Part shown: piece by piece, positions 42,485-53,800 of the stretch
Numbering within the stretch: the first letter of the stretch is position 1
How the letters are laid out: every line of letters begins with the position of its first letter
From: an uncultured Chthoniobacter sp.
GTDB taxonomy: Bacteria; Verrucomicrobiota; Verrucomicrobiia; Chthoniobacterales; JACTMZ01
DNA: 64,000 nt
Assembly (NCBI GenBank): GCA_964609925.1
Contig: CAZSUJ010000008.1
Location: 4,785 to 68,784, forward strand
Reading direction: 5' to 3'
Made by a program: the position numbers and the translations under genes
Notes under the pieces: generated by a model
What the model was told of the DNA's origin: nothing
Database searches by the model: none
Seen by the model: the letters and a program-made list of their open reading frames with translations, nothing else

Positions 42485-42846
42485 AGATCAAGCTGGACGA
42501 GAACCTGCCGAGGACGTTGGTGGAGGTTCTTGGAAACCTCGGCCACGAGACGGACACAGTCCCGGACGAAGGCCTGCAGGGCGAGTCGGATGACGTAGTC
42601 TGGCGGACCGCGCAGGAAGAAGGGCGCTTCCTCGTCACCCAAGATCTGGACTTTTCCGACATCCGGAAGTTCGCACCCGGAACCCATCATGGCCTCATGC
42701 TCGTGCGCCTGCGCTTGCCGAGCCAGCGCGGTTTGGAATTGAGGGTTGGCACCGCCTTCGAGGAGATGGGTAGAGGCGACGGTTGGGCCGGGGCGTTCGT
42801 CGTTGTGTCCGACTTGAAGGTGCGTGTCAGCTTGCCCGATCGCTGA
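42481..42846 (+). CDS. DUF5615-family (PIN-like) toxin-like protein
   Basis: GTG 42481 inside ORF 42283..42846. (V)KIKLDENLPRTLVEVL..DDVVWRTAQEEGRFLVTQDLDFSD is typical of the DUF5615 partner of DUF433. GTGA overlap. Confidence 0.7.
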   Translation: MKIKLDENLPRTLVEVLGNLGHETDTVPDEGLQGESDDVVWRTAQEEGRFLVTQDLDFSDIRKFAPGTHHGLMLVRLRLPSQRGLELRVGTAFEEMGRGDGWAGAFVVVSDLKVRVSLPDR

Positions 42847-42856
42847 CCGCGCCACG

Positions 42857-42874
42857 GGTCAACCGGGAATCAAG
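42857..42874 (+). repeat. 18-nt perfect direct repeat, right copy
   Basis: GGTCAACCGGGAATCAAG. It overlaps the stop codon (42870-42872) of the LolA-like gene. Confidence 0.7.
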
Positions 42875-43628
42875 GAGCGGCGAAATCTGCGTCCTTCAGC
42901 GTGACGTCGTGGCGGATGTTCGAGCCGTCGATCTCGGTCGTGCCGCCGCCGGGGCCGGTCACGGTCATGGCGGCCGGCACCGGGCGGCCGAGGTCGTCGC
43001 GGGCGGTGAGGGTCGTTTCGATGCGGCGTGCGAGCTTGCCGTCGCGGTCGTATTTCTCGACGCGGAGCGGGAGCATTTTGCGCGGGTCCACCCAACTGCG
43101 GACGCGGCCGTAGGGTGTCGGGTCGCCGGCGGCGGGCTTCGAGTCGAGGATGAGGCATTCGGCCGCGCCGATCTTCTCCGTGCCGGCGAGCGTTTGGCCG
43201 GGCCAGAGGAAGAAGTTCTCCACGACATCCTGCAAAGCGAGGTCCGACCCGAGGAGGCTGTCGCCGGCCTGTGCGCGGCCGAGTTCGCGGCGGGTGTCGG
43301 GCGGCGTGAGCGATGCGCCCTCGATGGCGCCGCCGGGTTTCTGGCGAAGGACGACCGTCTCGCCCTTGCGTTCGGGCGGCCAGATGACCTGGTAGGAGAC
43401 CTCGGCTGATGACTTGGTGCGGCGCGCCTTGATCTGGACCTGCAACTGGACGGGCGCGGCGGAGCCCGCGGGAGTGAACTTGAACTTCGCCCGCGCCACC
43501 GAATCGCCGTCCTGCACGGCAGCCGCGAGTCCGGAGGCGAGTTCGGCGGCGTCGGGGGCGGCCTTGGACGGCGCGGCGCAAGCAAGCAGTCCGAGCAGAC
43601 AGCAGGCGGCGGGGAAGGTCCGACCCAT
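42870..43628 (-). CDS. LolA-like outer-membrane lipoprotein-sorting family protein
   Basis: ATG 43628 inside ORF 42870..44138 gives the signal MGRTFPAACCLLGLLACAAPSKA. It is a roughly 250-aa beta-rich protein placed as the last gene after a MacB/LolCDE-type ABC pair. The call rests on context and size. Confidence 0.5.
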   Translation of the reverse strand: MGRTFPAACCLLGLLACAAPSKAAPDAAELASGLAAAVQDGDSVARAKFKFTPAGSAAPVQLQVQIKARRTKSSAEVSYQVIWPPERKGETVVLRQKPGGAIEGASLTPPDTRRELGRAQAGDSLLGSDLALQDVVENFFLWPGQTLAGTEKIGAAECLILDSKPAAGDPTPYGRVRSWVDPRKMLPLRVEKYDRDGKLARRIETTLTARDDLGRPVPAAMTVTGPGGGTTEIDGSNIRHDVTLKDADFAAP

Positions 43629-43660
43629 GTCTGGCATCAAGTCTCGGGGCGGGCCCGGCG

Positions 43661-44776
43661 TCAACCCTGAAGCGCCACGCTCGGGGACAGGCGCGAACTC
43701 CGCCACGCCGGATAGAGGCCGCTGACGATGCCGACGGCGACCGCGATCAGCACCGCCTGGATGGCGAGCGGCCAGCCGAGGTCGGGCTCGAGGAAACCGC
43801 GCACCATCGGCGTCACTTCGAGGAGCGCGAGGGTGACGGCACCGAGGACGACGCCGACGATGCCGCCAATGAGGCCCATCACCGCCGACTCGCAAAGCAC
43901 GAGGGCCATGATACGGCCGCGCCGCCAGCCGAGCGCGAGGAGGATGCCGATCTCGTGTTTCCGTTCGAAGACGCTCATCAGCATCGTGTTCATCACGCCG
44001 AGAACACCCACCACGAGGGCGAGGAGCGACGTGCTCCAACTCATGGCGCGGGCGACCTGGAAACCCTGGCTCGTGCCCACGACCTCGCGCGCCTTCACGG
44101 CGCGCAGGCCGGGGTGGGTCTCCTCGATGCGGCGGCACAGGGCGTCCACCGCCGCGGCGTCCGCTCCCTCGGGGACGCGGATGTTGATGAAGTTGGCGCG
44201 CCCGTCGTAGCCCGAAACTTCCTGGAAGCGCGGGAGGGCGAGATTGATCGCGCCGTTTTCCATGACCGACTGCCCGTCCACGATCCCCACGACCTCAAAG
44301 TCGCCCGTCTCGACCTGCAGTCGGTCGCCGGGTTTCTTGCGCAGAACCTGCGCGGCAAGCTTGCCGAGGACGACGGCGGGCTCCTCGGCATCGCGGGGCA
44401 GACGTCCTTCGATCAGGCGGAACTGGTCCCAGGTGAAGGAGCCCCATTCGCGTCCGTAAACAACCATCATCGGCGCGTCCTCGACGCTGAGCATCTGCAT
44501 GAGCGTGGCATTGGCCTCGGCCACCCCGGGAATCGCGGCGATGCCGTCGCGCACCGACTCGTCGAACGCCTTCGGCATGATGCCGCCCTGCATGTTGCTC
44601 ACGATGACGTCGATGCCGATCACGTCGAGTTGGTTGACCACGCTTTTCTCGTAGCCGGAAGAAAGCCCGACCAGCGTGACCACGGCGCCGATGCCGATGG
44701 CGATGCCGAGCACGGTGAGGCCGGTGCGGACGGGGCGGCGCCAAAGACCGCGGAAGATGACTTGGAGGAAAGTCAT
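43661..44776 (-). CDS. ABC transporter permease (FtsX/MacB type)
   Basis: 371 aa. N-terminal RGLWRRPVRTGLTVLGIAIGIGAVV, a large periplasmic loop and three C-terminal transmembrane segments. Confidence 0.85.
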   Translation of the reverse strand: MTFLQVIFRGLWRRPVRTGLTVLGIAIGIGAVVTLVGLSSGYEKSVVNQLDVIGIDVIVSNMQGGIMPKAFDESVRDGIAAIPGVAEANATLMQMLSVEDAPMMVVYGREWGSFTWDQFRLIEGRLPRDAEEPAVVLGKLAAQVLRKKPGDRLQVETGDFEVVGIVDGQSVMENGAINLALPRFQEVSGYDGRANFINIRVPEGADAAAVDALCRRIEETHPGLRAVKAREVVGTSQGFQVARAMSWSTSLLALVVGVLGVMNTMLMSVFERKHEIGILLALGWRRGRIMALVLCESAVMGLIGGIVGVVLGAVTLALLEVTPMVRGFLEPDLGWPLAIQAVLIAVAVGIVSGLYPAWRSSRLSPSVALQG

Positions 44777-45486
44777 GGTCGCGAAGCCCCGTCCCCTTGG
44801 TCCTCCGAGACGATCCGGCCGTCCTTCATGCGGATCATGCGCGCCGCGTGCCGCGCGATGGCGGCGTCATGGGTCACGAGGACGAGGGTGACACCGTGGT
44901 CGGCGCGGAGGCGCAGGAGGAGTTCGAGCACGTTGTCGGAGTTCGTGCTGTCGAGGTTTCCGGTCGGCTCGTCGGCGAGGAGGATGGCCGGGCGGTTGGC
45001 GAGGCTGCGGGCGATGGCCGCACGTTGGCGTTCGCCGCCGGAGAGTTTCACGGGGAGGTGGCCGAGCCGGTGGCCGAGCCCGACCGATTCGAGCAATTCG
45101 ACCGCACGCGCGCGGCGCGAGGCGCGGCTGCCGGGCAGACCGAACATGGGGATCTGCACGTTCTCCTCGATGGTGAAATTCGGCAGGAGGTGGAACGACT
45201 GGAAGATGAAGCCGATCTCCCGTGCGCGGTAGGCGGCCGGGTCGGGCAGGTCGTGCAGCACCTGGCCGCGGAAACGCAATTCGCCGCCGGTGGGGCGGTC
45301 GAGCAGGCCGAACATGTTCAGCAGCGTCGTCTTGCCGCACCCGCTGGGCCCCACGATCGAGACGAACTCACCGTGGCCCACGCGCAGGTCGAGTCCGCGC
45401 AGCGCGGGCACGCGGCCGTCGTCGTATTCACGGGCCAGCCCGCGCGCCTCATAGAGCGGCTGGTCGGCGGAAGCGGGCCCGGACAT
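44773..45486 (-). CDS. ABC transporter ATP-binding protein (LolD/MacB type)
   Basis: Walker A GPSGCGKTT, signature LSGGERQR and Walker B ILLADEPT. Confidence 0.9.
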   Translation of the reverse strand: MSGPASADQPLYEARGLAREYDDGRVPALRGLDLRVGHGEFVSIVGPSGCGKTTLLNMFGLLDRPTGGELRFRGQVLHDLPDPAAYRAREIGFIFQSFHLLPNFTIEENVQIPMFGLPGSRASRRARAVELLESVGLGHRLGHLPVKLSGGERQRAAIARSLANRPAILLADEPTGNLDSTNSDNVLELLLRLRADHGVTLVLVTHDAAIARHAARMIRMKDGRIVSEDQGDGASRP

Positions 45487-45489
45487 CGG

Positions 45490-46443
45490 TCAGGGGACCG
45501 ACGCCCACTGGCGTCCGACGCGGGGGTCGCGCAGGCTGCGCAGGAGGTGGACGAAGGCCGAGCGGTAGTTCGGGAACGGGACGATGTCCTCTTCCTCCTC
45601 CGGCTCGATGAGGTGCTTGTTGTCGGGCAGCTCGAAGAAGGGGATCGAGCTCTTCACGTGGTGGACGCCGTGCAGCGGTTGATGGAGCAGGCTGATCGAG
45701 ACGAGTTTGCCGGCGAACGACTGGCCGATGATGCTGCGGGTGGCGCTCGGACCGCTGTGCCCGCTCAGGCCGACGTGCTCGATGTATTTGCGCCAGCTCT
45801 GCATGTTGCCGGCGATGAAGGCGGGGATGAAGTAGAGGACGAGGAACCAGACCCAGAGGTTAAACCAGGCGACGACGCCGAGGAGGGTGCCCCAGAAGAC
45901 GACCATGCCAACGGTTTCGATCCAGATCCGCCGCCGGACGGCCTTGTTCGTCACCGGCGAGGGCCGCTGCAGGAAAACGCGCCAGAAGAGGAACGGGGTG
46001 TAGAAGAAGCCGAAGTTCAGTTCGAGGAACGCGGCGAGCCGGCGCCACCAGAGCGGCTGCTGCGGGTCGACGAAGGGCCAGAGCTCGAGGTCCTTGGTCG
46101 AGGCGAGGTTGACGTGGTGCTTCTGGTGCAGGGCGCGGTAAAGCGTGAAGGGAGTAACGCTGATCATGCCGACGAGGACGCCGTCGAACTCATTCCACAG
46201 CTTGTTCCCCCGCAGGCTGCCGTGGGCCGCCTCGTGGAACGCGATGAGGAAGGCGTGCATCAGGTGGCTGAGGAGCAGGACGAGCGGGATGAGCAGCCAG
46301 ACCCAACCGCGGTAGAGGCAGTAGGCCGTGACCGCGGTGGTGAGGTAGTAGGATCCGGCCACGAGGGTGAACGAGGCGCGGTTGGCCCACGGCTCCCAAG
46401 CGCCGGTCTCGGTGGACGAAGGAATGGTTTCGGTCGTGTTCAT
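45490..46443 (-). CDS. membrane fatty-acid desaturase family protein
   Basis: Three His boxes: HEAAHG, HQKHH and HGVHH. Confidence 0.8.
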   Translation of the reverse strand: MNTTETIPSSTETGAWEPWANRASFTLVAGSYYLTTAVTAYCLYRGWVWLLIPLVLLLSHLMHAFLIAFHEAAHGSLRGNKLWNEFDGVLVGMISVTPFTLYRALHQKHHVNLASTKDLELWPFVDPQQPLWWRRLAAFLELNFGFFYTPFLFWRVFLQRPSPVTNKAVRRRIWIETVGMVVFWGTLLGVVAWFNLWVWFLVLYFIPAFIAGNMQSWRKYIEHVGLSGHSGPSATRSIIGQSFAGKLVSISLLHQPLHGVHHVKSSIPFFELPDNKHLIEPEEEEDIVPFPNYRSAFVHLLRSLRDPRVGRQWASVP

Positions 46444-47811
46444 TCAGGCGTTGAAGTTGAGTCCGGCATCCGGGTTGCGGACGACTTGGTCCAGCACCCC
46501 GCGGAACGTCCGGTCGAGGTCGTTCAGATCCTCTTCGGGAACAATGGATGGTCGGTTCATCCATATCAATTCGATACGTTTCCCGTCCTCGGTCAACTCG
46601 CAAGCGAGGTCGAAGCGCGAGGTTCCGCTGGAGAGGTTGCGCAGGCTCGACGACATGCCGGGGACCTCGATGCCGGGGAACGGGTGGTTCTGCACGGCGA
46701 AGCGCACGTCGAAGACGGCATGGCGGCGGCGGGGCGACTCCCGCTCGACGGCGGCAGCCAACTCGACGAACGGCATGGCGCGGGCGAAGTCCTCGATGGA
46801 TTCGGCGTGGACGGCGCGGGCGGTGGCGGAGAAGGGGGCGGACGGATCAACGCGGCCGCGCAGCGGCACGATGCCGGAGAAATAGCCCATGGTTTCCTTG
46901 AGGGCGGACTTGCCGCGTCCGGCGGTGGGCGTGCCCAAGACAACATCGTCGGCACCGCGCCAGCGGTGAAGCGCGAGACGGAACGCGGCGAGAAGGACAC
47001 TGAAGAGCGTGACGCCCGTCTGGCGCGCGAGCCCGCGGACCGCCTCGGCCAACTCCGCCGGGAGGTGGCTGACCCGTTTCGCCACGGGGTCCATCGGACC
47101 GGGCGGGGCATCGAAGAGCGGACGTGATCCCGCGAGGCGGTTGCGCCAGTAATCGGCGGCCTCGCCGAGAACGGCGGGCTGCCAGCGGGCCCGCTCAGCC
47201 GCGCCCCACGCCGAGTAGCTCATCTCCAACGGCGGCAGCGAGTCGCGGAGGCCGCGCAGGCGCGACATGTCGCGGCCGGACGACCGCCAGATGCTGATGC
47301 AAGCGGTGTAGAGGTCCTCCACAAAGCTGGTCACTGTCCAGCCGTCGGCGATGGCGTGGTGGATCGTCAGCCCGAGCGCGTGGTGGTCCGGCCCGCGGCG
47401 CACCATTTGCAAGCGGTAGAGCGGCCCGCGGCGCAGGTCGAACGGCCGGGAAAAACCTTCCTCCATCGAGGCGGTTATCTCCCCGTCCGGCAACGACGGA
47501 TCGTCGAGTTCGTGGTAAGCGAGGACCGGCTCGGCTTGCGCACGGACGAGCTGCACCGGGCCCTCCCTTCCCGGGAGGAACGAGGTGCGCATCGCTTCCT
47601 GGCGCGCGACGACGAGACTCATCGCGTCGCGGCAGAGATCGCCGGTGAGCGGGCCGCGGAGGTCGATGTAGGAACGGATGTGGTTGGACGCGTCCTCGGG
47701 AGGAACCGGCGAGGTTTCCCAAAGTTCGCGCTGCGGAAAGGTCGCAGGCACGAGCCGCACCTGACCGCTGGCCACGAGTTCCTGCAGCCGCGTTTTGCCG
47801 TCCTGCTCCAT
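46444..47811 (-). CDS. stand-alone condensation-domain (PapA/NRPS C-like) acyltransferase
   Basis: 455 aa with the catalytic HHAIADGWT (HHxxxDG). Confidence 0.8.
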   Translation of the reverse strand: MEQDGKTRLQELVASGQVRLVPATFPQRELWETSPVPPEDASNHIRSYIDLRGPLTGDLCRDAMSLVVARQEAMRTSFLPGREGPVQLVRAQAEPVLAYHELDDPSLPDGEITASMEEGFSRPFDLRRGPLYRLQMVRRGPDHHALGLTIHHAIADGWTVTSFVEDLYTACISIWRSSGRDMSRLRGLRDSLPPLEMSYSAWGAAERARWQPAVLGEAADYWRNRLAGSRPLFDAPPGPMDPVAKRVSHLPAELAEAVRGLARQTGVTLFSVLLAAFRLALHRWRGADDVVLGTPTAGRGKSALKETMGYFSGIVPLRGRVDPSAPFSATARAVHAESIEDFARAMPFVELAAAVERESPRRRHAVFDVRFAVQNHPFPGIEVPGMSSSLRNLSSGTSRFDLACELTEDGKRIELIWMNRPSIVPEEDLNDLDRTFRGVLDQVVRNPDAGLNFNA

Positions 47812-47819
47812 GCCCGGCC

Positions 47820-50800
47820 TCAGGACATGCCCGCCGGCGAGGGCTTGCGGGGGGTGTCGGCGTCGGCATCCGCGAGGATGTCGTCGAGTTCGGACTCGCT
47901 GAGCGCGGCCAGATCAACGTCGGCCACATCGGCCTCGCCGGCGGAAGGCCCAGGCACCGCTGCGGGCGACGGTTCGGGCGACGCGCCGCCGAGGTGGCTG
48001 TGGATGAGGCTGCCGATCTGGCCGATCGTGCGGGCGCGCATGAGGCTGGCGGGCGGCAGGGTCACGCCGATGGAGGTCTCGATGAGGTTCTCGATCTCGA
48101 CGCCCATGAGCGAATCCAGCCCGAGGTCAGTCAGCGGTTGGTCCGGGCGGAGCGAATCGGGCTTCACGCGCAGGACCGAACCGACGATGTGCTGCAGGGC
48201 CTGCACGATGACGGCCTCGCGTCCTTCGGCCGGAGCCGCTTCGATGCGTGCGCGCCAGTCGCCGGCCGGCCCGGTCGTCTCGGCTTCCTCGGTCTCGGTG
48301 GCGAGGATGCGTTCGATGAGGGGATTCTCCTGCAGGCCGCGGAAGGCCTGCCGCCACTTGCCCCAATCAACGCGCAGGGCCGCAGCCTGCGGTGTCCGGG
48401 CGTCGAGGAAGGTTTCGAGGAGCGCGGTAACCTCGGCGGGATCGAGCGCAGCCGTGCCTTGGCGGAGGAGGTATTCGGCGACCTTCTCATTGCGCGCGAC
48501 GTAGCCGTCGCCGCCGAGCACGCCCCAGTTGACGGCGAGGGCCGGAAGTCCGAGGGCGCGACGATGATGGGCGAGCGAATCGAGGAAGGCGTTGGCCGCG
48601 GCGTAGTTCGCCTGGCCGGGGTTGCCGAAGACGCTGGAGACGGAGGAGAAAAGGACGAACGCGTCGAGGTCCATGCCGGTCGTGGCCTCGTGCAGCAGCC
48701 AGGCGCCGAGGGCTTTCGGCCTCATGACCGTGGCCATGCGCCCGGGCGTGAGGTCGGCCAGCGGCGCGTCGTCGATCACCATTGCGAGGTGGAAGACGCC
48801 CTTCAGGACACGCCCGCTGGTGCGGACCGCCTCCATCACGGCCGCCACGCCCCCCGCGGTGCCGACGTCGGCGGCGACAGCAAGGGCATCCGTTCCCGAG
48901 GAACGCAGCTCGGCGAGAAACTCCGGCGCCCCCTCGGCCTCCGCGCCCTTGCGTCCGGTGAGCACGAGGTGTTGTGCCCCGCGCTTCGCGAGCCAGCGGG
49001 CGAGCACCTTGCCGAAGCCGCCGAAGCCGCCCGTGACGAGGTAGGTGGCGTTCGGATCCACCTCGAACGCGGTCCGCAGCGGCTCGCTGCGGCGCGGGAT
49101 GAGCGGTTCGGCAAACCCGAGGATGACCTTGCCCGAATGCTTGCCGGCGGCCATGAGGCGGAACGCGGCATCCACACGCGCCGGCGGGAAGGACCGGTAG
49201 GGAAGCGGACGCAGGGCGCCGGTCTCCATGAGCCCGGCGATCGTTCCCATCAGATCCCGCGTGAGCGATTCGTCGCCGGCGAAGACCGCGTCCATGGCCA
49301 CGACGTGGAAGGACGCGTTGCGGCGCAGGTGCCAGAGAGGGAGGCGCGCGTTTTGGTAGATGTCGCGCTTGCCGATTTCGATGAAGCGGCCCGATTCGGC
49401 GAGGCAGGAAAGGCCCATCGGGATGGCCTCGGCGGCGAGGGCGTTGAGGACGACGTCAACCCCGCGTCCGCCCGTCAACTCCATGACCCGCTCGGCGAAG
49501 TCGCCGCGACGCGAGTCAATCACATGGTCGGCCCCGAGGGTGGTGAGGAGGGCGCGCTTGGCCGGGCTGCCGGCCGAGGCGATGACCTTCGCACCGAGAT
49601 GCCGCGCGATCTGGATCGCCGCCATGCCGACGCCGCCGGCCCCCGAGTGGACCAGCACCGTCTCACCGGCGCGCAACCGGGCCACGGTGGAAAGCGCGTG
49701 CCATGAAGTCATGAAGACGACGGGGATCGTGGCGGCCTCCTCGTATGTCATGCCTTCGGGCATCGGACGCACATCCGCCGCCCGCGCCAGCGTGTGCGTG
49801 GCGAGCCCGAACACGGCGAGCCCGAACACGGAATCGCCCGGCTTCACGTGGTGGACCCCCTCGCCCACCGCCACGACCTCGCCGGCAACCTCGTCGCCAT
49901 ACATCCTTGCGTCAGCCGTCTCAGCCGGGTAGAGGCCGAGTCCCTTGAGGACGTCGCGAAAATTGAGCGCGGCCGCGCGGGTGCGGATCAGGACCTCGCC
50001 GTGGCCGCAGACCGGCATGGCGAAGGCGGTGAACTTCAAGCTGTCGAGACTGCCGCGCTCGCGCGACTCCAGCCGGAGGGGGACGGTGTCCGGCAACTCT
50101 TGCTCCGCCACTTCCAATCCGCGGGCGAAGCGCTGCACGTAGCGCGCCTCGCCGCGCAGGGCGACCTCGCGCTCGGGTTCGCGGCTGAGGAGTTCGCGGG
50201 TGAGCGCGCCGAGGTCGTCCGCCCCGGGCGACGCCGGGAGGTCGATCGCGCGGCAGGCGACGTGCGGATGCTCGCTGAGAAAAACGCGGAAGAACCCGAG
50301 CACCGCGCCGGCGACGGGCGGGACGGGCGGGCAGTCGCGTCCCGCGGGCTGGGCGCCGCGGGTGACCAAGTCGAGCCGGATGCGCGCCGCCGGGGCGAAG
50401 CCGTCGAGAAGGCGCGCCAGTTGCAGCATGTCGTCCATGCCGAGGGACTGCTCCACGCCGGCTGGTTCGGTGCTCCAGAGATAGACGAAGCGCTGCGGCG
50501 GATTGCCGGACGCGAGTTCGGCGGCGAGTTGCTCCCAATGGGTGGGGTCACCCGGGTGCATGATGACCTCATCCCCTGCGGACGCGAACCCGTCTCCCTG
50601 CAACACCAAGCGGCAGGAAGCTCCGCGCGCGCGGAGCCAATCGGCAAGCCATGCACCAATGCCGGAGCGGTCGGCGAAAACGACCCACGACAAGTCCTCG
50701 GGCGACGACTCATCTTCCGGCAACGCCGCGGGCGCGTCCCACGCCTTGCGCGCGAGCACTCCCACCTGCCCCTCGCCGTCGTCCGCATCGCGAAGGCCCG

Positions 50801-53800
50801 GCAGGCTCGCGGTCTCGACGAAACCCGTCTCGCGCAGCAACTCCTCCCAGCGCTCGCGGGCGAGGAGCGGATGCTCCGGGCGCAGGTCGCGGTCCTTCAG
50901 GCTCCACCAACCGCTGGTCAGGCCGAAAATCGCCTCGGTCCAGAGCCGCGGCGTGGCCACGTCCATGAACATGAGAGTCCCGCCCGGCGCGAGCAAACGG
51001 TGCAGCCCGGCGAGCGAGGCGCGAACGTCGGCCACGGCATGGAGGACGTTCGTGCCGATGATGATGTCGTAGGCCCCGGGCTCGAAATCCTGATCCTCGG
51101 GCGGCCGCTCGAGGTTGAAGACGCGGAACTCGACCTCGGGGAACGCCGCCAGCTTCTGCTGCGCGGGCGGGAAGAATCCCGTCGAGACATCGGTGAACGT
51201 GTAGTGGTGCAGGCCGCGCTCGAGTTGCGGAAGGACATACGAGGCGAGTCCGCCCGTGCCCGCGCCGACCTCGAGGATGCGCAGTCCGCGGCCGTCCGGC
51301 AGCGCCGCGGCGGCCCGGCGCACGGCGGCCGCCAGACCGGCCAGCCAGTGAGCAGTGAAAAGTCCGTCGCCGTAGAATTGCTCAAGCAGATCCGTCCCAG
51401 CACCCGCGAAGAGCACCTGCACGGCGTCCTTGTCGCCGCGCATGATCGGACCGAAGTCCGCCCCCGTGGCCGCGCACAGCATCGCCTCGGACAAATGCCC
51501 CGGCGCCGCGCCGAGAAAATCCCTCAAGTCTTGCGACGCCTTCTCGGCCAACCGGCCGAGGGCGTCGCTCGCGCGCCAACTTCCGGGACCGGTCCCGTCC
51601 ACGAGGCCGCGTCGGCCAAGTTTTTCCATGAGGCGGGTGAAGACCGGACGCATCCCGGCGGCCACGCCGAGCGACTCGGCGGAAAACCCGCGCCCCGGCT
51701 GGACGCCCATGGCGACGAGTCCCGCGGCGACCTGCGAGGCGGCCAGATCGTCCTCCCAAGCCAGGACCGACTCCAGCCGTTCGCGCCCGCGCAGGGCGAG
51801 CACGGCGTCAAGGGCCTCGGCGGCCACGGAGTGAAGTTCGCCCAGCGGCACGGGGATGAGCGGCGTCCGGGGGACGGCGGATTTCAACCTCTCCCAATCG
51901 AGGTGGTAAACAAGCTCACGCCCCTCACCCGTGGCGGAACCGGCGCGGCGGGCCGAGGTGAGCGCCATCGCGCGGAAGCCGTCGATCAGCACGCACGGCT
52001 CGCCCTCGTCGTCATAAATCCCGATGCGGCCGCCCGTGACTTCCTCGCTGCATTGCGTGACGGAGGCGCGCACGCGCCCGGACGCACCCAGCGGGCGCAG
52101 GAAGAGGATGCGGCCGAAGCGCACCGGGAGTTTCAACTTCACGCCGCGCGACTCGACGGTGCGCGCGGCCGCGGAAAAGACGTGCAGGGCGCCGTCGAGC
52201 AGGACGGGATGGACGGCGTATTCGCCGGCGCGCCGGGCCGAGTTCTCGGTGAGCGCGATGAGGCCGCATGATTCGCCCCCGCGCGCGTGCAACTCGCTCG
52301 CGGCACGGAACTCGGGCCCGTAGGGCAGTCCCTTGCCGCGCTTGTGCTCGTAGTGCTCCTCGATATCCGCGGGATCAAGATCCCCGCCGGGCGGGATCCA
52401 GCGCGTGGCCTCGAACGCCGACTCGGTCCGTTCGCCGCGCAGAGATCCGACCACATGGACGGACCAGGTGGTTGAAGGTTCGAAACGGCTCTGCACGGTG
52501 AAGGTGCGTTCCGTCGGATCGTAGGCCAATTCGAGCAGCACGCTGTCCGCCGGATCGGGAAGGATGAGCGGCTTGCGGATCTCGAGGTCCTCGACGGCAA
52601 ACGGCCGCCCTTCAAAAATCTCCACGCCCGCCTCGAGCGCCATCTCGATGAAGCCGGCGGCGGGAAAGACGATATGGTTGTCCACGCGGTGATCGCGCAG
52701 GTAGGCGAGGTGCCGCTCGTCGAGGCGCGCCGTCCAGGTGGGAACCGAGCGCGGAAGGCGCGCGTCGAGGAGGCCGCGCCCGCCCGGCGCGAGGCGGCTG
52801 TGGCGCATTTCGGAAGACTCGTGCCACCAGCGGGCCTTGTTCCACGGATACGACGGCAGGGAAAGCAAGCGGCGCGAGGGCGTCATCGCCGCGAAGTCCA
52901 CCGCAACGCCCATCCGGTGAAGATCGAGCGCGGCCTCGACGTCCGCCTCCTGCTCGCGTTCGCGGCGCGTCGCGGAGACGACCGACGCCGTGCGTCCCGC
53001 GGCGCCGAGGCATTCCTGCACCGAGAGCGCGAGGGCCGGGTGGGCGCTGATTTCCAGCCACACATCCACGCCATGCTCGGCCAGCGCCGCCACGGCGCCG
53101 GTGAACAGCACGGGTTGGCGGATTCCGGCGGCCCAGTAGGACGCGGTGCAGTCGGCACCGGCGCAGCGCATGCCGGTCACGGTGCTGAAGAACGGGATTT
53201 GCTCGTCGGACGGACGCAACCCCTGCAGCGCGGACTCCAGCGTCTCGGCGGCGGGGCGCATCATCGCGTGGTGGAACGGATGCTGGACGCGGACGAAGCG
53301 GTTGAAGACTTCGCGCGATTCGAGCTCGGCGGCCATCGCCTCCAGCGAAGTGCGCAACCCCGCGATGGTGAGCGAGCGGGGGCCATTGAAAGCCGCCACG
53401 CTGGCCGCGGGATCGTGGCGCGCGATGAGATCGGCCGCGCCCTCCGCGTCCAGCCCGACCGCAAGCATCGCGCCCTCGTGGCGGGCGCAGCCGGACATGG
53501 CCTGCGCGCGGATGACGATGATGCGCGCAGCCTCCTCCATCGGCAGGATCCCGGCAACGCACGCGGCGGCGAGTTCACCGACGCTGTGGCCGACGATGGC
53601 CGACGGACGGACCCCGCGCGATTGCCAGAGCGCGGAAAGCGCCATCTGCATGGCGAAGATCGCCGGTTGGCCGACCTCGGTCTCGCCGAGGCGGGTGGAC
53701 TTCTCATCGCGTCCGAGCTCCTCGAGCAGGTCGAAGTGCGCGTGCGGCTTCATGGCCTCGGCGCATGCCAGCATCATGTCGCGGAAGACCGGTTCGGCTC

